Shown here: positions 24,433-38,100 of the stretch, piece after piece
How the letters are laid out: every line of letters begins with the position of its first letter
Numbering within the stretch: the stretch's first letter is position 1
NCBI RefSeq assembly: GCF_964204645.1
Contig: NC_134033.1
Span: 888,131-952,130, forward strand
Length of the DNA: 64,000 bases
DNA from: Tubulanus polymorphus
Taxonomy: Eukaryota > Animalia > Nemertea
Direction of reading: 5' to 3'
The notes under the pieces: generated by a model
The model's database searches: none
What the model was told of the DNA's origin: nothing
Seen by the model: only the letters and a program-made list of their open reading frames with translations
Position numbers and translations under genes: made by a program

Positions 24433-24870
24433 TTCAAGTTCAAGTTCAAATTTATTTCACAGAAAGCATGACAGGCTACGTACACAGGTTGAGAGAGAAC
24501 AAACAATAAAATTTACAATTTTTTTAAACAAAGCACAATTTTAAAAAGCGGGATTGAGAACAGTAGCTTTCACAGTGTGGGCCAAGCAAAGCCTTTAGGC
24601 CGCTGTCGCAAGCACCCATGGAAAAAACGAAAGGGAAATGAAGAAACAAAGGGGAAGGAAATGAGAGTTGTTGATATTTTGATAATTTCAGGAGAGTTTA
24701 TATGAGTAAGCTAGAGGGTTCAGGAGAGTGAGCAATTAGGGTTATTACATTGATGGATGGATATCATTGTAGGTGGAGGTGAGATATGGTCTGAGTTTAC
24801 GTTTTAAATTTTGTTTGCTTGTTTGTAGGATGTCATTAGAAAAAGGTAGTTTTCGCCAGATGTTTGAAGG
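24433..24870 (-). mobile_element. 5'-truncated LINE (CR1/L2-group) 3' end
   Basis: Minus strand reads SNIWRKLPFSNDILQTSKQNLKRKLRPYLTSTYNDISIHQCNNPNCSLS*, a typical ORF2 C-terminus, followed by a 3' UTR ending AAATAAAT(TTGAAC)n tandem tail. Confidence 0.75.
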
Positions 24871-25692
24871 TCTTGTCATATCAGGTCTTGGGCCCTGACA
24901 TGACAGGTTCTGGAAACTCTTGCAGACAGACCTAAATCAAAGATTAGCTTAGTTGAATGAATCTTTTATTAGGAAGGTAACAGCACAGTATGGTCAAATT
25001 CAATGCAAATGTACTATATTGAACAAGGAAGTGCAGCAAGCGGGTTCGAGGTGGATGCTGCTCCGAGTTTTAGAGCTGGTAAGCGTTTATAATACATCAC
25101 TCACTACTATATAAATCATAATATATATTTCTAAATGTTACTAAGCATTGAAGTTGAGACGATATAGCTAATTCCAGTCGTTCAGTCTAAGAAACGGACC
25201 AAGGAAAGAAGAGTGTCTTCTCAATCGATTCGAGTTAAGATTGAGTCTACTGTATTTCAGTTTGCTATAACTAGGGTCCGTCATCTATTTGACTAATCTT
25301 AAACCTAACCTAACTTTCCTAAACAATTCAAAATTTCTACTCAGTCGTTGGGTTCGAATCCTGAAACGAAGGGTTCATCGCGTTGATACGGTTGCACAGT
25401 TGCGAGTTAAAGCTAAATCCGAGATAAATACAAAGCAAACAAATTAATGAGCAATTCGGTGGATTTTACCGGATTTGCCAGACGCAATAGAAAAGAAATT
25501 CTGCAGTTTGCTGATGTAATTAAGCCACTTTTCGTCAACCAAATATATCTCGATAAAATACAGCATCAGATGACGTATGAAATCAGTTGCATGAATCAAA
25601 TTTGAAATCGATGGTTACATGTACATGGTACATGTACATGTAACATGGTTACGCGTAGTTACATGTTAGAATGTTTTCCTATCACAATCGGG

Positions 25693-25873
25693 CGGACCGG
25701 ATGGCTTAGTCGGTCGGCGACTAGCGTGTCACCGCTGTGGCCCGGGTTCGAGTCTCGGAGGAGGCGGGTCAGGATGTGGCAAATGATCTCCGGTAAGCGG
25801 GCGAGTCGAGAGTACTGTCCTCCCTGGAATGAGGTTGCTAATGCGTGAGTCCTACAGAATAACTGGTGTGGGG
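25693..25873 (+). mobile_element. tRNA-derived SINE head
   Basis: A-box TGGCTTAGTCGG and B-box GGTTCGAGTC at tRNA spacing, but no clean acceptor stem; GC-rich body follows. Confidence 0.6.
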
Positions 25874-27141
25874 TAAATTATGTTTAATTCAGTCGTTTCT
25901 GGCTGAATTATTTATTTATCCCACAATACCGGTCCAGGTTGCGGAGTAATTCCCCCAGGGACCTTCGACTTTTTTACAATATTAGTTTGTTATTTTAAGT
26001 TTAGTGGTGAGGGTTTGGGAAATTTTTTTATATTTATTCAATTCCTCGAACTGAAATCCAAGCATTCGGTGCAAGCAGCGCGCGCGGTGATCAATCACAG
26101 TTCTTTCTCAACTGATGATAAAACTTTGATAATTTTTTAATTTCACCAGATTTCAGTTAAAGAAGATGTGTACGCGGCGATGTCTGGTGAACTTGTGTAT
26201 AAATTCGGATTGAAAACGACTCTATCCAATAGAGAATCACTGTCTGGAGACCTGTCATACGCTCTACTACACAATAGTACCGCGTCACTGCACAAACCCT
26301 TAAGCAAACTTCGATATCCTAAAGCAAAACTCGAAAATAGTAAAATTGAGCCGGTATTATAGTTCAAAACCAGACATAAATAGAAGGGAAATCTACACTA
26401 AAGTTTGTTGGATAGTTTAGATAAAATTTCAGCATACAATTTTAGGCTAAAATCGTAGCATTCGATATTTCTATCTTAAACAATATGTGCCGCTATGAAT
26501 AGTCGAATTAAACTCGATGACCTGTAGGCCCCATTGAAAATGTTTGGCACGAATTGAATGGTTCTGTCGGATTAGCGTCACGGACTCGGGTCTGTCACAG
26601 GAATGCGCGATCGAGCTTTCTGATTGATCCATTCCGGTCGCATCGATGATGCACCGTCGTTGATTGGTCGACGTAGGTATTAGAAGCGCGGTTCGAGCCT
26701 CCCGACGCCAGTCCGAGAACCGATGTCCAGTGATGAAGGTCGACCCATAAGAGCTCTGCAACAAGGCGTGAAGAACGTGTGGCTTCAAGCAAACAACCTT
26801 CTAATTAGCGGCTGATGATTTTAGGAGAGACTGGAACGTGAAGGAATTTGTGACGCCTAGCGATTGAGAACGCAAGATGAGACTGGCGGCTGTTGGTGCT
26901 GACGATTGCGGAGGAGATCCCGATACTGCTGCTGCTGTTACTGTCGCTGCTGCTGTTGATGTCGGATTTCAACAACAAACAGATGACGGCTAATTTGCTG
27001 TTGTCGCTGATTTCCGATGTTCAATTTCACACACATTTATACATTATGAATATTGTGTCTTTTTAGGGTTAAACCGAAACCAGTTCGCTACTACTGACAA
27101 CTACATGTACACAACTCGTTTGTCGCAACGTCCTGGACTAG

Positions 27142-27176
<35 letters not shown>

Positions 27177-27342
27177 ATTGGGAACCGCATCAACCCACAT
27201 TTTGCTGTTTCGGTATCTTTACATTAAGATAAGGTAATTATATTAAACTACTCCCATCCGTACATTTTGCATATTCAATCTTCTTCATTAGCTTGACGAT
27301 TATCCGATTTGTTTTTCAGCCGGCAATATTTGAGTTACATCA

Positions 27343-27771
27343 ACATCTTCAAACCTCGAGACGCAGACTCTACTCCGACTACAGTACCATCTCCAAACCT
27401 CGAGACGCATACTCTACTCCGACTACAGTACCATCTTCAAACCTCGAGACGCAGACTCTACTCCGACTACAGAACCATCTTCAAACCTCGAGACGCAGAC
27501 TCTACTCCGACTACAGTACCATCTTCAAACCTCGAGACGCAGACTCTACTCCGACTACAGCACCATCTTCAAACCTCGAGACGCAGACTCTACTCCGACT
27601 ACAGTACCATCTCCAAACCTCGAGACGCAGACTCTACTCCGACTACAGTACCATCTCCAAACCTCGAGACGCAGACTCTACTCCGACTACAGAACCATCT
27701 TCAAACCTCGAGACGCAGACTCTACTCCGACTACAGCACCATCTTCAAACCTCGAGACGCAGACTCTACTC
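27343..27771. repeat. 44-bp minisatellite (~10 copies)
   Basis: CATCTTCAAACCTCGAGACGCAGACTCTACTCCGACTACAGTAC tandem. Confidence 0.93.
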
Positions 27772-28142
27772 ATTATTTCGTTTTGCCGCATGTTATAAAA
27801 AGTAACGTAAATAAATAAACGTCCATATATAAAATGCTCTCTTTAATAAAATCTCTTCGTCTCGGGCACTTTACCCCGGAAAGGACTCTTCCCTCTCAAA
27901 ACTTCCACTTGCCCCGGAAAGGACTCTTCCGCTCACGTTCAAGGACAAAGTCAAAAAGGAAAGGAAAAACGCAAAGTACAAATCAAAGGATTTATTCCAA
28001 ATTCAAAGTAGGAATTTGTTACAGCTTGTTTGCAAAAGTAAAATTCAACATTTTATTGAAACGAACAAAATCAAAATTCAACATTTTATTTAATCAACAA
28101 CCAATTCAACATTTTATTTAATCAACAATAAAATATAAATAT

Positions 28143-28198
28143 GGGATTTGAACCACCAACCATTCGTCTAGCAGTCCAGCACCTTACCCACTACGCTA
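28143..28198 (-). mobile_element. Degenerate tRNA-like (A/B box) sequence, probably SINE or other TE-borne
   Basis: Minus strand TAGCGTAGTGGGTAAGGTGCTGGACTGCTAGACG...GGTTCAAATCCC; stems degenerate. Confidence 0.5.
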
Positions 28199-29243
28199 TA
28201 GGGACGTACTGACAGCCTGCAGGGGAACTCATATTTATCCATTGCTTAAGCAAATTTTATCAAAAAAATAATGCCATCTACCGGGCGAGACAGGAACTAC
28301 ATAGTTCCTATCACAACCCGGTAGATGGTGGAGAATGAGACCAGAATGAGAGAGAATGATAATAGAGAGAGATGAGAATGAGAATGAGAGAGAGAGATGA
28401 GAATGAGACAGAGAGTGAGATGAGGATGAGACTATGAGAATGAGAGAGTGAGATGAGGATGAGACTATGAGAATAAGACAAAGAGATGAGAATGAGAGAG
28501 TGCGATGAGGATGAGACTATGAGAATAAGAGAGAGAGATGAGAATGAGACAGAGAGTGAGATGAGGATGAGACTATGAGAATGAGAAAGTGCGATGAGGA
28601 TGAGACTATGAGAATGAGAGATGAGAATGAGAGAGTGAGATGAGGATGAGACTATGAGAATGAGAGATGAGAATGAGAGAGTGAGATGAGAATGAGAGAT
28701 GAGAGAGAGAGAGATGAGAATGAGAATGAGAGATGAGAATGAGAGAGTGTGATGAGAATGAGAATGAGAGATGAGAATGAGAGAGTGAGAGATGAGAGAT
28801 GATAGAAAGAGACAGAGAGGGGATTGTATATCACCTGAACTTCTATGTTCCCCTTGTTTTCTATCCGGCAGATTGTAGATGCCGTCAGTAGTTTACAGTT
28901 TTACAGTTTTTAGTTCAAACAGATATTTATCCCATCAGCAGCAAAGTCATCACATAGTTAGTCCTCGTGGACATAAAGTTCACTATAACTGAAGTCAAGT
29001 TCTCCCAATATGTGTTCATTTGTTTGTTTATCCTCCTGGTGAGTTCTAACGCTGCCAACACATATTTATCCAGTTCATCTGATGTAGTCCTGATCATCAA
29101 ATACAAACGTCAATAATTCCATCCTAATGATGCGAACAATTCTAAAAGATATAAACGAAACTTAATAGATTTGAGGCGACCAATCAGTTATACACAGTGT
29201 AAGAGTTAAGTAAAGTTACTGGTGTATCAGAGAAATGGCAATA

Positions 29244-30016
29244 CAAGGTAGGCTACTCCCCAAAATGAGTGTCAGGGGTCAAATATTTTTTGTCTCCGAT
29301 TTTGATGAAATTCAGTATAGACATGAATTCTTGGGTGCTGATCACAAATCTGAACGAATTTTTCGGATCTGAGGCCCAGAAAATGAGAAATTCGAATTAT
29401 TGGGGGACCCCCTAAATTTTCAAAAGGCCTTGGACCCCAGAGTTTTCGAGATATTCAAAATCTGATTACAGATTTGGAATCAGCACCCCTGAGAATATAA
29501 AGGACTAAAATTTCAAGCAAATCGAAGAGATTCGGTTTTTTGGCCAAAAATGGCAAAAATCTAAGGTGTTAGTCCAGGAGTTTTTTTTCGGCGAAAAATT
29601 TTTTTTCTCTGATTCCTTCTAAAATTGGTAGGAATATGTGTTCTGAGGTGTAGATTCCGGATCCGCAATCAGATTTTGAATCGGAATTCATCTTCATGGG
29701 CAAATAAGGGTTTTAATGCCCAAAATATGCACCCCAAAAATGGGGTACAAAGTCAAAATTTTTTTTTGGCCCAATTCTAATGTAACTTAGTGCAGACATG
29801 TTTTTTGGGGTGCTGATTACGAATATGGGGTTATATTTAGGATCCGAGGCAACTAAAATGAGATATTCAGGATTTCGTGTTTTGACCCCCTTAATTTCGT
29901 CACAAATTTTGATGAAATTTGCCTGGGAAATTCGGCCCAAAATCGAATTTTATTCAATGATGTCAAATATTCAATTAATTTTTAAGGTAGAAATTGATGC
30001 TCTTACTAAAACCCTG
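29244..30016. mobile_element. Putative non-autonomous DNA transposon within the 3.5-kb unit (repeated in each copy)
   Basis: TA-flanked in copy 1 (TA|CAAGG...ACCCTG|TA), internal inverted motifs GGGGTCAAA/TTTGACCCC and GGTGCTGAT/ATCAGCACC. Terminal repeats are weak. Confidence 0.4.
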
Positions 30017-31544
30017 TATTATAATTCCTGCAACACAATTACAGGCTGCTTCAAATAACCACATTGACAATTCTTATGAAATGCAGTAAACAGTGTTTAC
30101 AGATAAACTGCTTTCTCATAATTGTTTTGGAAACTTATAAGAAATTCTACTCACACACTCACTAGCCCTTGTCTAGCAGTAATGGTAGTCCACCGAGTTC
30201 CACAAATCCACATACAGAGTTCCACACCTCCTGGAGTCCACCACAGCCTGTTTTTTATGAGTATCAATCCGCTTTAGTCCGGTTAGTTGACTAAATAGTC
30301 CAGTTAGTTCACAAATAGTCTGGTAAGTTCACGTATAGTCCAGTTAGTTGACTAATAGTCCAGTTAGTTGACTAGTAGTCCGGAAGAAGTTGACTGAAGA
30401 AGTAAAACTGTGATGAATTTCAGTTGAAGTCCACCACGTCCAGTATTCATGATGAAGTTAACACAACAACAGCCCGACAGAGGAAAACCTGAAATATAAA
30501 ATTGAAATTACATTAACAGGAAGACTGACTGAGAGGTTGGGGGAGGATGGGATGAGAGGTTGGGGGAGGATGGGATGAGAGGTTGAGGGAGGATGGGGTG
30601 AGAGGTTGAGGGAGGATGGGGTGAGAGGTTGCGGGAGGATGGGGTGAGAGGTTGAGGGAGGATGGGGTGAGAGGTTGAGGGAGGATGGGGTGAGAGGTTG
30701 CGGGAGGATGGGGTGAGAGGTTGAGGGAGGATGGGGTGAGAGGTTGAGGGAGGATGGGGTGAGAGGTTGAGGGAGGATGGGGTGAGAGGTTGAGGGAGGA
30801 TGGGGTGAGAGGTTGCGGGAGGATGGGGTGATGAGGTTGTGGGAGGATGGGATGAGAGGTTGAGGGAGGATGGGTGAAAAGGGAAGCAAAACAGTACAAT
30901 TACTCTGACAAAATAAAGGCTGAGGCAAAAGTTTTCAGCAGTTTTCAGCACGACACTGGATTAACAGATTCTCGTTTTACACAAGAGCCCAGCCTGTGGC
31001 AGTGGGAGAAAGCTGGTGTAACTAACTGGTCGAGTCAGCTGGTCTCAACCTGCTGAACAAGATGTGGTGCCGGAGGAAGTTGAAGGTGAAACTATCGCCT
31101 GCACCATGTGCAATGCAAGCGGCTAGGGTAGTGCGGCCCGTGTAGGCTAGAAAGTGGTTTTTGGCACCGAGTGAGGTCCCTGTTAGTCTAGTACCTAGCT
31201 GTCGTTCCCTAAACAACCCGGAACTCGTAGTAACAACGACTGACTGATTCAGACTAAATTTGAGTAGGTCCCGGCCTCACTAGTCACTGACAGTGACTGT
31301 CGAAGTGTCTGCGAAGTCACTGGGTCTGGAGTGAGTGAGGTCCCCCTAAAGTGTGTGTACCTGAGGACATGAAAATAAAATATCATGAATGAATTCTTAT
31401 CTTTTTTACCAATATCAAAATTCGTACATTTAGAATCAGCGCGGCTTTAAAGTCTTTATCAATTGAGTTCACTGTAAATAAAGAATTAGCGATTGAATTG
31501 AGCCCGCTCCACAGTAAAAATAGTGCGATCTAATCTTGACCATC

Positions 31545-32160
31545 TAGTGCTGCCCCTATGTATAACGATAGCGTGGAAAACGTGAACTAACATAATACTC
31601 GCTTGCCAGAGTCTTCGAACGGCAGGAGTGGACGAACTAATTACCGATTTGCGGGCCGGATTCCGAGGAAAATTCTCAAACTCTGAAAACTGCTCTGAAA
31701 CGTTCGAACCAAACAATTTTTCTATAAATGAATGAGCCTTAAAAGAGTTAATTTGAATCGGGGTATTTCTAGTATGATCTGGGAGAGAGCGATAGGTGTT
31801 TGTATGTTCCCTGTTTATTTGCGCGCAAATAGACTTTATCGAAGAAAAAATATGGACATTTTGTCAATTCTGATGATAAATTATCATTAAAAAATGAAAA
31901 TGAATAATTTATTCAGTGTACAAATACTATATTAATTGATAAGTAAGTGAATTTTAGCTAAAAAGAATTAAATATGTTACCTAAAAAATAAGGAAATATC
32001 ATACAAAATTCAGAACGTATTCATAGTATCATATTTAATCAGAATTAGACGACACACTGGTCCGTATTGTACGTAATAAGGACATTTAAATTCCGGCGGT
32101 AAATATGCGCTATTTTAGTTCGCAGAAATTCCGCTATCGTTATTCATAGGGGCAGCACTG
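31545..32160. mobile_element. MITE-like element with ~30-bp TIRs within the 3.5-kb unit
   Basis: TAGTGCTGCCCCTATGTATAACGATAGCG ... CGCTATCGTTATTCATAGGGGCAGCACTG; outer CCACAGTAA/TTACTGTGG inverted pair. Present in all four units. Confidence 0.6.
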
Positions 32161-35100
32161 TACGGTAAATATTTAACTCAGCCTCGCGATCTTACTGTGG
32201 CATGCGAGCAATACAGATATTTTTCTTAGCCGAATTTCGTTGATTATCTAATACGATTCCATTGTATATGAATAATTCTACTATCGTTTAAGGTTTTTTG
32301 AAGGGGATCATCTTTTTAAAACGAATTTTAAACCATTTTTGATAGAACTCTTTTGTCTGCGGAATGTATTAGCATCCGGTAAAGCGGTAGGCTCACATGC
32401 CAAAGGAAGAACTTCAAGCAAATTAAATTTTATTCTCTAAAATAGTGCATTCAACTACCACTAACACTGTAACCAGAAATAATGCTCGGAAACTATTAAA
32501 GAATAATGCTTAAGAGTAAATTTGAAGTCAAGTTCTCCCAATATTTGTTCGTTTGTTTGTTTATCCTCCCGGTGAGTTCTAACACTGCCCACACATATTT
32601 ATCCAGTTCATCTGATCCTGATAATCAAACTCAAAAAGTCAATAATTCCATCCTAATGATGACAAACATCCTAAAAGATATAAAAGAAACTTAATAGATT
32701 TGATGCCACCAATCAGTTATACACAGTAAGAGTTAAGTCTAGTTACCGGTGTATCAGAGAAATGGCAATCTAAGGTAGGCTACTCCCAAAATGAGTGTCA
32801 GGGGTCAAATATTTTTTGTCTCCGATTTTGATGAAATTCCGTTCAGACATGTATTAAGGGGTGCTGATCGCAAATCTGAACGAATTTTCCGGATCCGAGG
32901 CCCAGAAAATGAGAAATTCGAATTTTTGGGGGGACCCCTAAATTTTCAAAAGGCCTTGGACCCCAGAGTTTTCGGGATATTCAAAATCTGATTACAGATT
33001 TGGAATCAGCACCCCTGAGAATATAAAGGACTAAAATTTCAAGCAAATCGAAGAGATTCGGTTTTTTGGCCAAAAATGGCAAAAATCTAAGGTGTTAGTC
33101 CAGGAGTTTTTTTTCGGCGAAAAATTTTTTTTCTCTGATTCCTTCTAAAATTGGTAGGAATATGTATTCTGAGGTGTAGATTCCGGATCCGCAATCAGAT
33201 TTTGAATCGGAATTCATCTTCATGGGCAAATAAGGGTTTTAATGTCCAAAATATGCACCCCAAAAATGGGGTACAAAGTCAAAATTTTTTTTTGGCCCAA
33301 TTTTAATGAAACTTAGTGCAGACATGTTTTTTGGGGTGCTGATTACAAATATGAGGTTAGATTTTGGATCCGAGGCAACTAAAATGAGATATTCAGGATT
33401 TCGTGTTTTGACCCCCTTAATTTCGTCACAAATTTTGATGAAATTTGCCTGGGAAATTCGGTCCAAAAAAGAATTTTATTCAATGATGTCAAATATTCAA
33501 TTAATTTTTAAGGTAGAAATTGATGCTCTTACTAAAACCCTGAATTATAATTCCTGCAACACAATTACAGGCTGCTTCAAATAACCACATTGACAATTCT
33601 TATGAAATGCAGTAAACAGTGTTTACAGATAAACTGCTTTCTCATAATTGTTTTGGAAACTTATAAGAAATTCTACTCACACACTCACTAGCCCTTGTCT
33701 AGCAGTAATGGTAGTCCACCGAGTTCCACAAATCCACATACAGAGTTCCACACCTCCTGCAGTCCACCACTGCCTGTTTTTTATGAGTATCAATCCACTT
33801 TAGTCCCGTTAGTTGACTAAATAGTCCAGTTAGTTCACTAATAGTCCGGTAAGTTCACGTATAGTCCAGTTAGTTCACTAATAGTCCGGTTAGTTGACTA
33901 GTAGTCCGGTTAGTTGACTAGTGGTCCGGTTAGTTGACTAGTGGTCCGGTTAGTTGACTAGTAGTCCGGTTAGTTGACTAATAGTCTGGTAAGTTCACTA
34001 GTAGTCCGGAAGAAGTTGACTGAAGAAGTAAAACTGTGATGAATTTCAGTTGAAGTCCACCACGTCCAGTATTTGTGATGAAGTTTACACCACAGCCCGA
34101 CAGAGGAATCCTGAAATATAAAATTGAAATTACATTAACAGGAAGACTGACTGAGAGGTTGGGGAGGATGGGGTGATGAGGTTGTGGGAGGAAGGGGTGA
34201 GAGGTTGAGGGAGGATGGGGTGATGAGGTTGTGGGAGGAAGGGGTGAGAGGTTGAGGGAGGATGAAGTGAGAGGTTGGGGTGAGGTTGAGGCAGGATGAG
34301 GTGAGAGGTTGAGGGAGGATGGGTGATGAGGTTGAGGGAGGATGGGTGAAAAGGGAAGCAAAACAGTACAATTACTCTGACAAAGTAAAGGCTGAGGCAA
34401 AAGTTTTCAGCAGTTTTCAGCACGACACTGGATTAACAGATTCTCGTTTTACACAAGAGCCCAGCCTGTGGCAGTGGGAGAAAGCTGGTGTAACTAACTG
34501 GTCGAGTCAGCTGGTCTTAACCTGCTGAACAAGATGTGGTGCCGGAGGAAGTTGAAGGTGAAACTATCGCCTGCACCATGTGCAATGCAAGCGGCTAGGG
34601 TAGTGCGGCCCGTGTAGGCTAGAAAGTGGTTTTTGGCACCGAGTGAGGTCCCTGTTAGTCTAGTACCTAGCTGTCGTTCCCTAAACAACCCGGAACTCGT
34701 AGTAACAACGACTGACTGATTCAGACTAAATTTGAGTAGGTCCCGGCCTCACTAGTCACCGACTGTCGAAGTGTCTGCGAAGTCACTGGGTCTGGAGTGA
34801 GTGAGGTCCCCCTAAAGTGTGTGTACCTGAGGACATGAAAATGAAACATAATGAATGAATTCTTATCTTTTTTACCAATATCAAAATTCGTACATTTAGA
34901 ATCATCGCGGCTTTAAAGACTTTATCAATTGAAGGAATAGTTCACTGTAAATAAAGAATTAGCGATTGAATTGAGCCCGCTCCACAGTAAAATAGCGCGA
35001 TCAATTCAATCTCGACCGTCTAGTGCTGCTGCTATATATAACGATAGCGTGGAAAACGTGAACTAACATAATACTCGCTTGCCAGAGTCATCGAACGGCA

Positions 35101-38100
35101 GGTGTGGACGAACTAATTACCGATTTGCGGGCCGGATTCCGAGGAAAATTCTCAAACTCTGAAAACTGCTCTGAAACGTTCGAACCAAACAATTTTTCTA
35201 TAAAAGAATGAGCTTTAAAAGAGTTAATTTGAATCGGGGTATTTCTAGTATGGTCTGGGAGAGAGCGATAGGTGTTTGTATGTTCCCTGTTTATTTGCGC
35301 GCAAATAGACTTTATCGAAGAAAAAATATGGACATTTTGTCAATTCTGATGATAAATTATCATTAAAAAATGAAAATGAATAATTTATTCAGTATACAAA
35401 TACTATATTAATTGATAAGTAAGTGAATTTTAGCTAAAAAGAATTAAATATGTTACCTAAAAAATAAGGAAATATCATACAAAATTCAGAACGTATTCAT
35501 AGTATCATATTTAATCAGAATTAGACGACACACTGGTCCGTATTGTACGTAATAAGGACATTTAAATTCCGGCGGTAAATATGCGCTATTTTAGTTCGCA
35601 GAAATTCCGCTATCGTTATTCATAGGGGCAGCACTGTACGGTAAATATTTAACTCAGCCTCGCGATCTTACTGTGGCATGCGAGCAATACAGATATTTTT
35701 CTTAGCCGAATTTCGTTGATTATCTAATACGATTCCATTGTATATGAATAATTCTACTATCGTTTAAGGTTTTTTGAAGGGGATCATCTTTTTAAAACGA
35801 ATTTTAAACCATTTTTGATAGAACTCTTTTGTCTGCGGAATGTATTAGCATCCGGTAAAGCGGTAGGCTCACATGCCAAAGGAAGAACTTCAAGCAAATT
35901 AAATTTTATTCTCTAAAATAGTGCATTCAACTACCACTAACACTGTAACCAGAAATAATGCTCGGAAACTATTAAAGAATAATGTTTAAGAGTAAATTTG
36001 AAGTCAAGTCTTCCCAATATTTGTTCGTTTGTTTGTTTATCCTCCCGGTGAGTTCTAACACTGCCCACACATATTTATCCAGTTCATCTGATCCTGATAA
36101 TCAAACTCAAAAAGTCAATAATTCCATCCTAATGATGACAAACATCCTAAAAGATATAAAAGAAACTTAATAGATTTGATGCCACCAATCAGTTATACAC
36201 AGTAAGAGTTAAGTCTAGTTACCGGTGTATCAGAGAAATGGCAATCTAAGGTAGGCTACTCCCAAAATGAGTGTCAGGGGTCAAATATTTTTTGTCTCCG
36301 ATTTTGATGAAATTCCGTTCAGACATGTATTAAGGGGTGCTGATCGCAAATCTGAACGAATTTTCCGGATCCGAGGCCCAGAAAATGAGAAATTCGAATT
36401 TTTGGGGGGACCCCTAAATTTTCAAAAGGCCTTGGACCCCAGAGTTTTCGGGATATTCAAAATCTGATTACAGATTTGGAATCAGCACCCCTGAGAATAT
36501 AAAGGACTAAAATTTCAAGCAAATCGAAGAGATTCGGTTTTTTGGCCAAAAATGGCAAAAATCTAAGGTGTTAGTCCAGGAGTTTTTTTTCGGCGAAAAA
36601 TTTTTTTTCTCTGATTCCTTCTAAAATTGGTAGGAATATGTATTCTGAGGTGTAGATTCCGGATCCGCAATCAGATTTTGAATCGGAATTCATCTTCATG
36701 GGCAAATAAGGGTTTTAATGTCCAAAATATGCACCCCAAAAATGGGGTACAAAGTCAAAATTTTTTTTTGGCCCAATTTTAATGAAACTTAGTGCAGACA
36801 TGTTTTTTGGGGTGCTGATTACAAATATGAGGTTAGATTTTGGATCCGAGGCAACTAAAATGAGATATTCAGGATTTCGTGTTTTGACCCCCTTAATTTC
36901 GTCACAAATTTTGATGAAATTTGCCTGGGAAATTCGGTCCAAAAAAGAATTTTATTCAATGATGTCAAATATTCAATTAATTTTTAAGGTAGAAATTGAT
37001 GCTCTTACTAAAACCCTGAATTATAATTCCTGCAACACAATTACAGGCTGCTTCAAATAACCACATTGACAATTCTTATGAAATGCAGTAAACAGTGTTT
37101 ACAGATAAACTGCTTTCTCATAATTGTTTTGGAAACTTATAAGAAATTCTACTCACACACTCACTAGCCCTTGTCTAGCAGTAATGGTAGTCCACCGAGT
37201 TCCACAAATCCACATACAGAGTTCCACACCTCCTGCAGTCCACCACTGCCTGTTTTTTATGAGTATCAATCCACTTTAGTCCCGTTAGTTGACTAAATAG
37301 TCCAGTTAGTTCACTAATAGTCCGGTAAGTTCACGTATAGTCCAGTTAGTTCACTAATAGTCCGGTTAGTTGACTAGTAGTCCGGTTAGTTGACTAGTGG
37401 TCCGGTTAGTTGACTAGTGGTCCGGTTAGTTGACTAGTAGTCCGGTTAGTTGACTAATAGTCTGGTAAGTTCACTAGTAGTCCGGAAGAAGTTGACTGAA
37501 GAAGTAAAACTGTGATGAATTTCAGTTGAAGTCCACCACGTCCAGTATTTGTGATGAAGTTTACACCACAGCCCGACAGAGGAATCCTGAAATATAAAAT
37601 TGAAATTACATTAACAGGAAGACTGACTGAGAGGTTGGGGAGGATGGGGTGATGAGGTTGTGGGAGGAAGGGGTGAGAGGTTGAGGGAGGATGAAGTGAG
37701 AGGTTGGGGTGAGGTTGAGGCAGGATGAGGTGAGAGGTTGGGGGAGGATGGGGTGATGAGGTTGTGGGAGGATAGGTGAAAACGGAAGCAAAACAGTACA
37801 ATTACTCTGACAAAGTAAAGGCTGAGGCAAAAGTTTTCAGCAGTTTTCAGCACGACACTGGATTAACAGATTCTCGTTTTACACAAGAGCCCAGCCTGTG
37901 GCAGTGGGAGAAAGCTGGTGTAACTAACTGGTCGAGTCAGCTGGTCTTAACCTGCTGAACAAGATGTGGTGCCGGAGGAAGTTGAAGGTGAAACTATCGC
38001 CTGCACCATGTGCAATGCAAGCGGCTAGGGTAGTGCGGCCCGTGTAGGCTAGAAAGTGGTTTTTGGCACCGAGTGAGGTCCCTGTTAGTCTAGTACCTAG

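Noticed and set aside
25693-25770. Functional tRNA gene
   Set aside because: A/B boxes present but acceptor stem and Pol III terminator absent; treated as SINE head.
26150-26362. Possible terminal exon ISVKEDVYAAMSGELVYKFG... after a CAG acceptor
   Set aside because: No recognisable family, and the long frame is out of phase with the alternative GRL donor at 22764.
27293-27818. Mucin-like 170 aa ORFs
   Set aside because: 44-bp repeat cycling through frames; no signal peptide or supporting exons.
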